Shown here: piece by piece, positions 23,107 through 32,000 of the stretch
Layout of the letters: each line of letters starts with the position of its first letter
Position numbering within the stretch: the stretch's first letter is position 1
DNA from: an uncultured Chloroflexia bacterium
GTDB lineage: Bacteria > Chloroflexota > Anaerolineae > Anaerolineales > Anaerolineaceae
NCBI GenBank assembly: GCA_963704755.1
Contig: OY969938.1
Span: 1,980,001 to 2,012,000 of the forward strand
Reading direction: 5' to 3'
Length of the DNA: 32,000 nt
The notes under the pieces: generated by a model
Told to the model about the DNA's origin: nothing
Databases searched by the model: none
The model's input: only the letters and a program-made list of their open reading frames with translations
Program-made: the position numbers and the translations under genes

Positions 23107-24345
23107 TCAGACGGCTTGCGGGCGCCGCTTGACCTGGGTGTTTTGCTGCGGCTTGGCCTGGGAGTGGGTATGCTGCGGCGAATTGGCCTGGATACGCTGT
23201 TGCGGTTTGGGCTGGCTATGCTGCGGTAGTTCAACAAACCCGTCCAACTGGCGCCGTTCCAAGGGATGCTCCAACAGGCGCTCGATGGTACGCACCATGG
23301 GCAGATCCTCGCGGGTGACCAGCGAAAAAGCGGTCCCGACCTGCATCATCCGCCCGGTGCGGCCGATCCGATGGGTATAAGCCTCTGCGGTATCCGGCAT
23401 ATCGAAATTGATGACGTGCGAAATACGCGAAACATCGATCCCACGGGCGGCAATGTCGGTCGCCACCAGCACGCGCACCCGCCCGCTGCGGAAGCGGTCC
23501 ATAGCTTCCTGCCGGCGGTTTTGCGACAGGTTCCCTTGCAGAGAGGTAGCCGAAAGCCCGGCTTTGCTCAACTGGTCGGCCAATTTCTTGGCACGGTACT
23601 TGGTGCGGGTGAATACCAACACCTGCCCAACGCCCGGTTGGCCCAACAGGTTCAATAGCATCTCGGTCTTGCGGGTCTGATCGACGTTGAAAATGGCGTG
23701 ACTGACCGTCTCGATCGGATGATCGATGTCCATTTCGACCGTCTCGGGTTCATGCAAGAAATCAGTTGCCAGGGCGCGGATCGATTTGGGCATGGTAGCC
23801 GAGAACAGCAGTGTCTGGCGTGATTTGGGCAGCGTGGCTACGATCCGGCGGATGTCGGGTAAAAAGCCCATATCGAACATCTGGTCCGCCTCATCGATGA
23901 CCAGCACTTCTACGCGCGAAAGGTCAACGATACGCTGGCCCATCAGGTCCAGCAGTCTTCCCGGGCAGGCCACAGCGATTTCCACGCCGCGCTTCAACCC
24001 CGCAATCTGCGGCCGGGGGCTGACCCCACCGTACAGGGTAATGCTATGCAGGCCGGTTTTACGCCCTAACTCGCCAATAGCCACATGAGTTTGTTCAGCC
24101 AGCTCGCGGGTAGGCGAGAGAACGAGCACACGCAGTTTACCGCGTGGCCTATCCATCAGGCGTTGCAAGATGGGTAATACAAAAGCCGCGGTCTTTCCGG
24201 TCCCGGTTTGGGCCAGACCAATCACATCGCGTCCCTGCATAATAGCCGGGATGGTTTTACTTTGGATTGGAGTAGGGGTGGAATAATTTGCAGCAGAAAT
24301 ACCCGCATTAATTTGCGGGTGAAAATTAAACGTTTCGAAATTCAC
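23107..24345 (-). CDS. DEAD-box ATP-dependent RNA helicase (RhlE-like)
   Basis: The motifs are the Q-motif TPTPIQ, AQTGTGKT, PTRELA, VIDEADQM, FSATMP and HRIGRTGR. I prefer the GTG at 24345 (VNFETFNFHPQ..), 8-9 nt after AAGGA. The tracked ORF extends to 24450. The C-terminal tail is Gln/Pro/Lys-rich. Confidence 0.9.
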   Translation of the reverse strand: MNFETFNFHPQINAGISAANYSTPTPIQSKTIPAIMQGRDVIGLAQTGTGKTAAFVLPILQRLMDRPRGKLRVLVLSPTRELAEQTHVAIGELGRKTGLHSITLYGGVSPRPQIAGLKRGVEIAVACPGRLLDLMGQRIVDLSRVEVLVIDEADQMFDMGFLPDIRRIVATLPKSRQTLLFSATMPKSIRALATDFLHEPETVEMDIDHPIETVSHAIFNVDQTRKTEMLLNLLGQPGVGQVLVFTRTKYRAKKLADQLSKAGLSATSLQGNLSQNRRQEAMDRFRSGRVRVLVATDIAARGIDVSRISHVINFDMPDTAEAYTHRIGRTGRMMQVGTAFSLVTREDLPMVRTIERLLEHPLERRQLDGFVELPQHSQPKPQQRIQANSPQHTHSQAKPQQNTQVKRRPQAV

Positions 24346-24591
24346 ACAAGGTTCCTTTAGGCACAAATTTGGGCCAAGGCGAACCTCAGCCCAGTGGTGT
24401 GCACGATGAATATAGTTTCGTGACACACACGAAGATGGAGTGTACCACAATCGGCCCGATAAGTAAAATTTTGCCTTTGGAGGCGGTATAAAAATGCCTT
24501 CCAGCGGGAAGAATTGTGAATAATATAACGAGTTTTTGGTAATTTAATGCTTAAGTATTTTTATATAAAAAAATTATAATTGTAAATAGAG

Positions 24592-24999
24592 ATGTTCCGG
24601 GGGACAGCGAAAAGTGACATCCGAAGGATATCCTCGAATATGCTTGAAAAAATACATACAATTCTTTTTGGAATTCTGGCCGCGCTTTCGTTAATGCTTT
24701 GCGTGGGAAATTTTCTGCCTCAGCCAGCCGCTAAAACCGATCCATCATTATCTCAAATTGTTTGCGACTTCTCGAATATAGCTCAAGCTTCAACCGTTCA
24801 AGATTCGATTTCTCCACTAACACTCCTGGTCTCGATGCCATCTACAGAGCCGAATGGAACCGCCTCAATTTTGACAAATTTATTGGCCCCGGATAAAGAC
24901 GCGATCAATTCCTCCAATCCGTTGCTCGATTGGCTCAACACCAAATTCTATAATTTACTCAACCCATCCCAAATGCCTGCCCGGAATTGCAGTAGATAA
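24592..24999 (+). CDS. Hypothetical small membrane/secreted protein (one predicted TM or signal anchor)
   Basis: This is an ORF in a locally AT-rich segment. It has a hydrophobic stretch ILFGILAALSLMLCVGNF and no recognisable domain. Alternative start is at MLEKIH. Confidence 0.35.
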   Translation: MFRGTAKSDIRRISSNMLEKIHTILFGILAALSLMLCVGNFLPQPAAKTDPSLSQIVCDFSNIAQASTVQDSISPLTLLVSMPSTEPNGTASILTNLLAPDKDAINSSNPLLDWLNTKFYNLLNPSQMPARNCSR

Positions 25000-25012
25000 A
25001 TCCGTTCAGGCT

Positions 25013-25579
25013 TCAATCCACCAGGGGCGGCTCGATGATGTGACCGCCCAGGTCGCCTAACTCGTACATTTCAACCCCCTGCATGCCCAGCATGAGCGCT
25101 AACTCGCCGCCGTGATGGATGTCGTGCGACATGACCCGCCAGGTGGTCCATTGGCGCGAGAGTAAATAAGTTTTTCCTCGCCAGGTATGCCGGTATGTTT
25201 CGGCCAGGTCGGCCACCGCCCAGGTATGCAAGGTAAGATCGATCATCTTCCAGGTTGTCTCCAGCCACTGGACCAGCCCGTCCGTCTGGTCGGTAACCGG
25301 CACGGAATCTTCGACCACGTAACGATTACCGTGTTTATCTTCGTCCCAGGCCGGGATGCGCGCGGCGACGTCTTTGCTGCCCGGCGCATCCATGCGCACA
25401 AACCAATTGATGCGCCCCAAAGCGATATGACGGACAAGCTCACCTACCGAGCGCAAGTTTGGAGCTGGCCGCCAGGCCAACTGCTCCTTGCTCAAAGGGG
25501 TAATCGCGAGGACGATGCTGGTCTGGTAACCATCCCAACCCTCGAATACCGAAAACAAGCCATCCGGCGTTGGTTCCAT
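25013..25579 (-). CDS. DinB-family (DinB_2/YfiT-like) metal-dependent protein
   Basis: 188 aa, ATG at 25579. The segments ..VGELVRHIALGRINWF.. and HDIHHGGELALMLG match the DinB four-helix-bundle His triad pattern. Confidence 0.8.
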   Translation of the reverse strand: MEPTPDGLFSVFEGWDGYQTSIVLAITPLSKEQLAWRPAPNLRSVGELVRHIALGRINWFVRMDAPGSKDVAARIPAWDEDKHGNRYVVEDSVPVTDQTDGLVQWLETTWKMIDLTLHTWAVADLAETYRHTWRGKTYLLSRQWTTWRVMSHDIHHGGELALMLGMQGVEMYELGDLGGHIIEPPLVD

Positions 25580-25872
25580 TGTTGATCCTTTTCACCCTTT
25601 ACACCAAACCAAAGGCAGCATTTTCGCGATGAGGGCAGTTATGGCTCGACCTTTTTGTGGCGGCCCCTTATCGGACCATATATAAAATTGTACGCCATTT
25701 TCCAAAACTCGCTTTAAATTCTTTAAGGATTCATAAAAATTAACGTTCGTCCGGGATACACGTTTTCCGATGGAATTAATCGCTGGCTTTACCGCCAAAA
25801 CCCACACACTACGGGATGCCCACTCCATTGACGGTATAATATACCCAATCAAAACCTTGAAAGCCTGCAAAA

Positions 25873-26895
25873 ATGAGTACAAATTTTATTAATGTAATGA
25901 TTACCTTGCCATTTCCGGAGGACTTGCTCGAAAAGATCAAGCAAGTTTCCCCGCGTCTTCACATCCAGGTCATCCCGGCGCGCAACACCGACGATATCCC
26001 GCCGGAAACCTGGAAACAGGTGGAAGTCCTGTATACCGACCGGGTACTGCCCGCACCGGAAGATGCCACCAACCTGCGTTGGGTGCAGTTCCATTACGCC
26101 GGAATCGACCACATTACCGGCAACACATTACTCCAGCACCACGAAATCGACTTCACCACCCTCAGCGGTGCCGCCGCTCCCCAGGTAGCCGAATACGCCA
26201 TGATGATGATGATGGCCCTGGGCCACAAGATCCCCGAGATGCACACCAACCAGACCAAAGCCGGCTGGCCGGCCGACAAGTGGGACCGCCTGAAGCCCAC
26301 CGAGCTGCGCGACAGTACGGTTGGCATCGTTGGCTACGGCAGCATCGGCCGCGAGCTGGCCCGCATGCTGCAGCCGTTCAACGTACGCATCCTGGCAGCC
26401 AAGCACGACGCCATGCACCCGCAGGACAGCGGCTACATGCCCGAAGGCATGGGCGACCCGGAAGGCGCCTTCTTCCACCGGCTGTACCCCTTCCAGGCCA
26501 TACAATCCATGTTCAAGGAATGCGATTTCGTCCTGGTCTGTGTGCCGCTGACAGCGGCGACCCGCGGCTTGATCGGCGAAGAAGAACTGGCCGTGCTTAA
26601 ACCTTCCGCCTTCCTGGTGGATGTCAGCCGGGGCGGCATCGTCGAATCGCAGGCTTTGCTGGCGGCTTTGCAGGACAAAAAAATCGCCGGCGCCGCCCTG
26701 GATGTATTCGCCGAAGAGCCGCTGCCGCCCAACAGCCCGTTCTGGAAGCTCCCCAACGTCATCCTGACCCCCCATATCTCGGGGATCAGCCCAAAATACA
26801 ACCAGCGCGCCATCGAGCTGTTCGCCGGAAATTTAAAGCGCTACATCACCGGCACGCCGCTGTACAACAAATTCGAACCCGAATTGGGGTACTAA
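25873..26895 (+). CDS. D-isomer-specific 2-hydroxyacid dehydrogenase family, NAD-binding
   Basis: The Rossmann motif is VGIVGYGSIGRELARML. The catalytic-region motifs are VDVSRGGIVE, ALDVFAEEPLP and LTPHISG. The start may instead be the ATG at 25897. Confidence 0.85.
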   Translation: MSTNFINVMITLPFPEDLLEKIKQVSPRLHIQVIPARNTDDIPPETWKQVEVLYTDRVLPAPEDATNLRWVQFHYAGIDHITGNTLLQHHEIDFTTLSGAAAPQVAEYAMMMMMALGHKIPEMHTNQTKAGWPADKWDRLKPTELRDSTVGIVGYGSIGRELARMLQPFNVRILAAKHDAMHPQDSGYMPEGMGDPEGAFFHRLYPFQAIQSMFKECDFVLVCVPLTAATRGLIGEEELAVLKPSAFLVDVSRGGIVESQALLAALQDKKIAGAALDVFAEEPLPPNSPFWKLPNVILTPHISGISPKYNQRAIELFAGNLKRYITGTPLYNKFEPELGY

Positions 26896-27012
26896 AACCG
26901 CCGGCCTGGTTCGACTTTGCAACCGCACACGTGGAACTTCGTCCCTGCCGGTTGTAGCCTGTGATTGCGAATCGCCCCGGCCCATATTTTCCAGAAATAA
27001 ACCTTCACTGCA

Positions 27013-27747
27013 ATGATCAAGACCGTACTGTTCGACCTCGGCAGCACCCTCATATACTTCGACGCGCCTATGCCCCAGGCTCTCGACCAGGCCTATCAGG
27101 CCATGTTCGTCAGCCTGGCCGCCAACGGCTACACCCTGGATAAAGACCAGTTCATGGCCGATTTCCGTCGCCGCATCGAAGACTATTACAGTCAACGCGA
27201 GACTGAGTTCATTGAATATACGACCGGCTACATCCTGCGGATCATCCTCAACGATTACGGCTACCCCAAAATGCCGCCCCAACACTTGCGGGATGCTCTC
27301 GACGCGATGTACGCCGTCACCCAATCGCACTGGAACCTGGAAGCGGATGCGGTCGAAACCCTGGAAGAGCTGCTCCGCCGGGGGTACCGCCTGGGCATGA
27401 TTTCAAACGCCGGCGATTCTGGGGATGTAGACGCCCTGCTGGATAAATGCGACCTGCGCAAGTATTTCGAGAAGATCTGGATCTCGGCCGCGGTGGGCTA
27501 TCGCAAACCCCATCCCAAAATATTCAACCTGGCAGTGGATTATTTCCAGGCCAGCCCACAGGAAATGGCCATGGTCGGCGATACCCTGGGTGCCGACATT
27601 CTGGGCGCCAACCAGGCCGGCATCCACAGCGTGTGGATCACCTGCCGGGCCAATACGCCCGCCAACCGCGACCATCTTGATACCATCCGCCCCGAAGCGA
27701 CCATCGCTACCCTGGCAGAACTCCCCGCTCTCCTGGCTCGCTGGTAA
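27013..27747 (+). CDS. HAD-superfamily hydrolase (subfamily IA-like)
   Basis: Motif I is VLFDLGSTL (note Gly in place of the second Asp). Motif II is MISNAG, motif III is KPHPKIF, and motif IV is MVGDTLGADILGA. Confidence 0.85.
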   Translation: MIKTVLFDLGSTLIYFDAPMPQALDQAYQAMFVSLAANGYTLDKDQFMADFRRRIEDYYSQRETEFIEYTTGYILRIILNDYGYPKMPPQHLRDALDAMYAVTQSHWNLEADAVETLEELLRRGYRLGMISNAGDSGDVDALLDKCDLRKYFEKIWISAAVGYRKPHPKIFNLAVDYFQASPQEMAMVGDTLGADILGANQAGIHSVWITCRANTPANRDHLDTIRPEATIATLAELPALLARW

Positions 27748-27750
27748 CCT

Positions 27751-28665
27751 ATGCCGTCCAAAGAGCGCATCCTGCCTTACCTTGCCCTGGCGGCTGCCGT
27801 TCTGGCGCTGACCTTTTCCTCGCTCTTCATCCGCTGGGCCGACGCACCCGGCACGGTGACCACTTTCTACCGCATGACCATCGGTGCGATAGCCTTTCTG
27901 CCGTTCTACCTGCGCCAGCCGGTCGAACAGCGCCACATTGACCAGCGCTGGCTGTTCCTGCCCCTGATCGGCGGCCTGCTCACCTCGATGGACCATGCCA
28001 CCTGGGCCACCGCCATCGAATCCACCCGGGTTGCCAACGCCACCCTGCTGAACAACCTGGCTCCGCTGTGGGTCGCGTTGATCGCCATGCTGGTCTGGCG
28101 TGAGCACCTGCCGGGCGGCTTCTGGCTGGGCCTGGCCATGGCGCTTGGCGGGGCAGCCGTGGTGCTGGGCAGCGACTTTATCGCCCGCCCGCAGTTAAAC
28201 GGCGGCAACCTGCTTGCGCTCACCTCCAGCCTGTTCTACGGCGGCTATTTCCTCGTCACCCAACGCGGGCGCGAGCATTTCTCCACCATCACCTACGTCT
28301 TTATTATTACGGCGGTGTGCAGCCTGGTACTGCTGGGCATCAACCTGGCCCAGGGCAAGGCCCTGGTGGGCTACTCCGGCCGAACCTACCTGGTATTCCT
28401 GGCCGCCGGTCTGATCTCGCAGGTGATCGGCTATTTTTCCACCGCCTACGCCTTAGGCCACCTGCCGGCCTCGATTGTCTCGCCCACCATGATCTCCCAG
28501 CCGGTGCTGACCGCCCTGTTAGCCATTCCCTTCGCCAGCGAAAACCTGACCCTCTCCCAAATCCTGGGCGGGCTGGTCGTACTGGGCGGCATCTACCTGG
28601 TCAACCGCAGCCGCGAAAAACCGCTCCCGCTCACTTCTCTTCCGGCCAGAACCGCCCGCGGTTGA
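27751..28665 (+). CDS. DMT-superfamily transporter (EamA-like, about 10 TM)
   Basis: 304 aa and hydrophobic throughout, with two EamA-like halves. ATG at 27751 lies 3 nt after the HAD stop. Confidence 0.85.
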   Translation: MPSKERILPYLALAAAVLALTFSSLFIRWADAPGTVTTFYRMTIGAIAFLPFYLRQPVEQRHIDQRWLFLPLIGGLLTSMDHATWATAIESTRVANATLLNNLAPLWVALIAMLVWREHLPGGFWLGLAMALGGAAVVLGSDFIARPQLNGGNLLALTSSLFYGGYFLVTQRGREHFSTITYVFIITAVCSLVLLGINLAQGKALVGYSGRTYLVFLAAGLISQVIGYFSTAYALGHLPASIVSPTMISQPVLTALLAIPFASENLTLSQILGGLVVLGGIYLVNRSREKPLPLTSLPARTARG

Positions 28666-30481
28666 TCATATCGCAAAACGCCTCCACCACATGCGGATCG
28701 AACTGCACGCCGCTCAAGGAGCGGATTTCTTTGAGCGCATCCACCGCCGTCCAACCTTTATGGTAATGGCGGTCGTGGATCAGCGCATCCCACACGTCCA
28801 CCACCGAAAAAATCCGCGCGGGCAGCGGGATCGTTTCGCCGGTTAACTTGCGCGGGTAACCGCTGCCGTTCCACCATTCGTGGTGTCCGTAAGGAATGTC
28901 GATGGCCGGCCGCAAGAACTCGATCGTCGAAAGCAATTCATAGGCATAAACCGGGTGTTTGCGCATCACTTCCCACTCTTCCTCGTCCAGGTTGTCGCGC
29001 TTCTTCAAGACCCGATCCGGTATGGCCATCTTGCCGATATCGTGCAGCAGTGCGCCTCGCCGGATTTGAACCAATACCTCTCCATGCAGCCCCATCGAGC
29101 TGGCCAACTCAACGGCCATCTCGGCCACCCGCTGCGAATGGCCCTCGGTCTCGCCATCCCGCAATTCCAGTGCCCGCGCCCAGCCGGTAATCGTCGCATC
29201 GTAAGCCAGGGTCAATTCCAGGTTGGCCGAGTGCAGGTCTTTCAATAAGCTGGCATTATCGATGGCGATGGCCGCCTGGTTACCCAGTGCTTCCAGAAAA
29301 TTCATCCAGGCCGGCTCGCTGCCCAGGAGCGACCGGTTGAACAGTTCCAGCACGCCCAATACCGAGCCCTTGGAAATCAAAGGCAGGCCGATGTACGAGT
29401 TGATGCCTTCTTTTTGGATACGGTCCTGGGTCCAGAAGGGATCCTTGACCAGCGCCATATCGGCGATCCGGATCAATCGATGCTGCAGAACAGCCTGCCC
29501 GGGCAGGCTCAACCCGACCGACAGGCGGGTATCGCGCGGGTAGCCGCTGCGAAATCCCTGGCCGGCCTCGTACACCAGGAATTGCGCTTCGTTATCGAGC
29601 AGCAAGATGCTGGCGGCATCCACCGCCAGTTGCCCGGTGATCTGCTCGAGCAGCACCCGCAGGGTCAGAGGCAAATCCATACTGGCGGCGATGGCCATAT
29701 CGACCGCCCGCAGAGCCGCCATGTGGCGAATTTGTTGTTGGGCCTGCTCTTCGGCCTTGCGCCGCTCGGTCACATCGATCAGCATGTCCATCGCAGCCGG
29801 TTGGCCGTCCCACTCCATAATTGCCGAACGCATTTGCACCCAGCGGATATCTTTCGACCGGGTCAGCATGCGCATCAAGGTAAACTCCGGCAGGTTTTCG
29901 CCGCGCAGCAGTCGCTGATAGCGGGTCAGTACCAGGGCGGTATCATCCGGGTGGACCAGTTCGGCAAACCTCCGCCCGATCAATTCCTCTACGCTGTAAC
30001 CGGTAATCACCGCAGCCGCCCGGTTGGCAAACACCAACAGGTCGCCGCATGAAATCGCAATTCCTTCGGTTGCATTTTCGATCAACTGGCGGTACTTATC
30101 TTCACTATGCAGCAAAGCCGCCGTGCGCCGGTTGACCTGCCGTCGCAGGATCCAGACCCAGGCCAGGGTGATACCCAGCGCCAGGATGATCCCAATCGCC
30201 CCAAAAATCACCCATCGCAGGGTGGCTAACGAACCGAACAACGCATCCAGGTCATGCAAACTTCCTCGTGTTGCCGGTAAGCTGCCAACCACAACTTGCG
30301 GCGCCGGATCGGTCGGCGAAATATCCGCCGCGGAAGCCTGGATCAGGCCCATGGAGATGGATGGGCCGGGCCGGCCGGCATAGGCAAACGTGAAGGGAAC
30401 CGGTCGTCCGAAGGCAGACAAGGCCAGCCCAAAAAAAGCTAGAGCGAAGCTAACAATAATGATGATATAGGACTTTTTCAT
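28631..30481 (-). CDS. Membrane-anchored PAS-GAF-HD-GYP signalling protein (probable c-di-GMP phosphodiesterase)
   Basis: The N-terminal TM is MKKSYIIIIVSFALAFFGLALSAF (ATG at 30481 preferred over TTG at 30490), with a second TM WVIFGAIGIILALGITLAWVWIL. A PAS-like and a GAF-like region follow. The HD-GYP core is LLHDIGKMAIPD...GHHEWWNGSGYP. The 3' end overlaps the convergent EamA gene by 35 nt. Confidence 0.85.
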   Translation of the reverse strand: MKKSYIIIIVSFALAFFGLALSAFGRPVPFTFAYAGRPGPSISMGLIQASAADISPTDPAPQVVVGSLPATRGSLHDLDALFGSLATLRWVIFGAIGIILALGITLAWVWILRRQVNRRTAALLHSEDKYRQLIENATEGIAISCGDLLVFANRAAAVITGYSVEELIGRRFAELVHPDDTALVLTRYQRLLRGENLPEFTLMRMLTRSKDIRWVQMRSAIMEWDGQPAAMDMLIDVTERRKAEEQAQQQIRHMAALRAVDMAIAASMDLPLTLRVLLEQITGQLAVDAASILLLDNEAQFLVYEAGQGFRSGYPRDTRLSVGLSLPGQAVLQHRLIRIADMALVKDPFWTQDRIQKEGINSYIGLPLISKGSVLGVLELFNRSLLGSEPAWMNFLEALGNQAAIAIDNASLLKDLHSANLELTLAYDATITGWARALELRDGETEGHSQRVAEMAVELASSMGLHGEVLVQIRRGALLHDIGKMAIPDRVLKKRDNLDEEEWEVMRKHPVYAYELLSTIEFLRPAIDIPYGHHEWWNGSGYPRKLTGETIPLPARIFSVVDVWDALIHDRHYHKGWTAVDALKEIRSLSGVQFDPHVVEAFCDMINRGRFWPEEK

Positions 30482-30594
30482 TAATTCCAAACCCTGGAAA
30501 ACTGTTTCCCGTCCCAGGTTCTATTGTACCGAAAAGTCACACAATTTAATGTTGCATTAACGTTGAAATTCTTCACCGGAAACACATCGATTTA

Positions 30595-31356
30595 TTAACG
30601 GACCACATAACTTGCCACGGCGATATACTGGCACAGGCTGCCCAAAATCACGAAAATATGCCAGATTTCGTGGAAGCCAAACACACCAGGGAACGGATCC
30701 GGTTTTTTGATCACATAGACCAGCGCCCCCAGGGTATAGATCAAACCGCCGGCTGCCAGCCAGGCCAGGGCCGGCGCGGGCATATCTGTAATCATCTGGG
30801 GAACAGCCAGAACACACAGCCAGCCCATCACCAGGTAGGCACCGGCGGTGATCCAACGCGGCGCATTGATGACAAACAGCTTGATGGCGATACCGATGAC
30901 TGCCAGTGCCCAAACGATGGCCGGCAGGCCCCAGCGATAAAACCCGTGGAAATAAAACAGGCAAATAGGTGTGTACGATCCGGCAATCAACAGGTATATA
31001 GCCGAATGATCGAATTTGCGCAGGCGTAACAGCACAGGCGGGGAGACATTGGCCAGGTGATACACCGCGCTGGCCGTGTAGAGCAGCACCAGGCTGGCCC
31101 CATAGACGGCCAGGGAAACGACCTTCAACAGGGTGTCATGGCCGGCGGCGATCAAATAGACCGTCCCGATCACAGCCAGGATGGCTGCCGCCAGGTGGGT
31201 GTAGCCGCTGACCGGGTCGCGAACTTGCCGGTAGGACAGGAAGTGCACAATCCTGCCCAGCAAAGATACCTTGTTTTGCCGCCGGGAATTATCCTGGCCG
31301 TCTTGGATCTGGGTGCCTGGGTTTTGTTGAGCCGATTTCGTTGTCAATATTCTCAA
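30595..31356 (-). CDS. Hemolysin III / PAQR family membrane protein
   Basis: It has seven hydrophobic segments. The family motifs are GYTHLAAA, FDHSAIYLLIAGSYTP and FHEIWHIFVILGS. The TTG at 31356 lies 4 nt after AAGGA, and there is no ATG near the 5' end. Confidence 0.8.
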   Translation of the reverse strand: MRILTTKSAQQNPGTQIQDGQDNSRRQNKVSLLGRIVHFLSYRQVRDPVSGYTHLAAAILAVIGTVYLIAAGHDTLLKVVSLAVYGASLVLLYTASAVYHLANVSPPVLLRLRKFDHSAIYLLIAGSYTPICLFYFHGFYRWGLPAIVWALAVIGIAIKLFVINAPRWITAGAYLVMGWLCVLAVPQMITDMPAPALAWLAAGGLIYTLGALVYVIKKPDPFPGVFGFHEIWHIFVILGSLCQYIAVASYVVR

Positions 31357-31635
31357 AATTCCTTGCCGCTAAAGTATCGCGCTGCCAGAGGGCAAATCCT
31401 TCCCTGGGTCCGCTACGCGCGAGACATCCTTGCCCAGGCCAGGGGCTGCCCTGAATGGATCATACCCATTATAGCGGCGAACCTCTTCCCTGGCCCGGTT
31501 TGGATCTATTGGAAAAAGTTCGCCAGGGCTATTCGCGCTCAAACCGGATCCGCATGGCCCACAAGCGGGCACGACCCATTTTTGGTATACTGCAAAGAAG
31601 ACATAAATAGTTTAATTTGGCCCGGTTGAGCGAAT

Positions 31636-32000
31636 ATGAAACCTGAAACCCTGACCGAACAAAGACTTATCCAATTACGCCTCTCCAGCCAACGGATTAC
31701 AAATCCGTCCTGCGAAAATCCTGTGGATGTTGTATCTTGGATGGGCGCCATCCAGGCGCAAGATTATCCTGGGGCCAAATGGGCCCTGGCCCAGCGAGCT
31801 ACCCACCTGACCGATGCCGCTATCGACCAGGCTTTGGCAGATGGAAAAATCTTGCGATTGCACACTCTACGGCCGACCTGGCACTTCGTTACCCCCAGTG
31901 ATGTGCGCTGGATCCTCAAACTAACCGCTCCCCGGGTCAATGCGGCCAACGCCTATTATTACCGCCGGCTCGAGCTGGATGATACGGTGTTTTCCCACAG
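31636..32000 (+). CDS. Winged-helix DNA-binding domain protein, YcaQ/AlkZ-like (DUF1006), N-terminal fragment (3' end outside the window)
   Basis: This ORF is not in the supplied track because it runs off the window. My translation from the ATG at 31636 is MKPETLTEQRLIQLRLSSQRITNPSCENPVDVVSWMGAIQAQDYPGAKWALAQRATHLTDAAIDQALADGKILRLHTLRPTWHFVTPSDVRWILKL.., which has the family-typical AIQAQDY and RLHTLRPTWHF segments. Confidence 0.7.
   Translation, partial: MKPETLTEQRLIQLRLSSQRITNPSCENPVDVVSWMGAIQAQDYPGAKWALAQRATHLTDAAIDQALADGKILRLHTLRPTWHFVTPSDVRWILKLTAPRVNAANAYYYRRLELDDTVFSH

Noticed and set aside
25592-25882. A 96-aa minus-strand ORF lies between the DinB and dehydrogenase genes.
   Set aside because: It has no recognisable motif and lies in an AT-rich intergenic stretch. 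It overlaps the start of the dehydrogenase gene, and I cannot identify a ribosome-binding site. I treat it as probably spurious.

Overview
The window is about 58-60% GC and bacterial, with dense coding except for several repeat-filled intergenic blocks. I cannot establish the taxon from the sequence alone.

The first 15.7 kb is the unusual part. It holds two tandem cassettes with the same architecture:
- a NarL-type histidine kinase and response regulator;
- a Tat-signal, lipobox-bearing FAD flavoenzyme of the fumarate-reductase/KstD type;
- an intercistronic stem-loop;
- a membrane-anchored c-type cytochrome with five CXXCH motifs;
- a perfect 26-bp-arm bidirectional terminator;
- a tandem array of a roughly 231-bp mosaic multi-hairpin repeat.

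A third, orphan copy of the same cytochrome, terminator and repeat lies divergent from a 929-aa MalT/LuxR-type STAND regulator. The three cytochrome genes are nearly identical at the nucleotide level, while the two flavoenzymes are strongly diverged from each other. I read this as substrate-inducible extracytoplasmic reductase modules of unknown substrate that share a concertedly evolving electron-input cytochrome.

The rest of the window is mostly housekeeping or accessory enzymes:
- a minus-strand gene string of MBL hydrolase, psuG, VOC protein, YdeI-like protein, LLM oxidoreductase and SAM methyltransferase;
- a CoA-transferase A/B pair whose A subunit shows an apparent +1 frameshift;
- a RhlE-like DEAD-box helicase, a DinB protein, a 2-hydroxyacid dehydrogenase, a HAD hydrolase and an EamA transporter;
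- a PAS-GAF-HD-GYP sensor, a hemolysin-III/PAQR protein and a partial YcaQ-like gene.

Other repeat classes are also present. Two roughly 230-bp nested-palindrome elements have termini built from (GTTAGCN)n heptamers and bracket the ydeI-like gene. A second heptamer microarray and a divergent repeat array lie at 22.1-23.1 kb. I recognised no rRNA, tRNA, CRISPR array, transposase or integrase.
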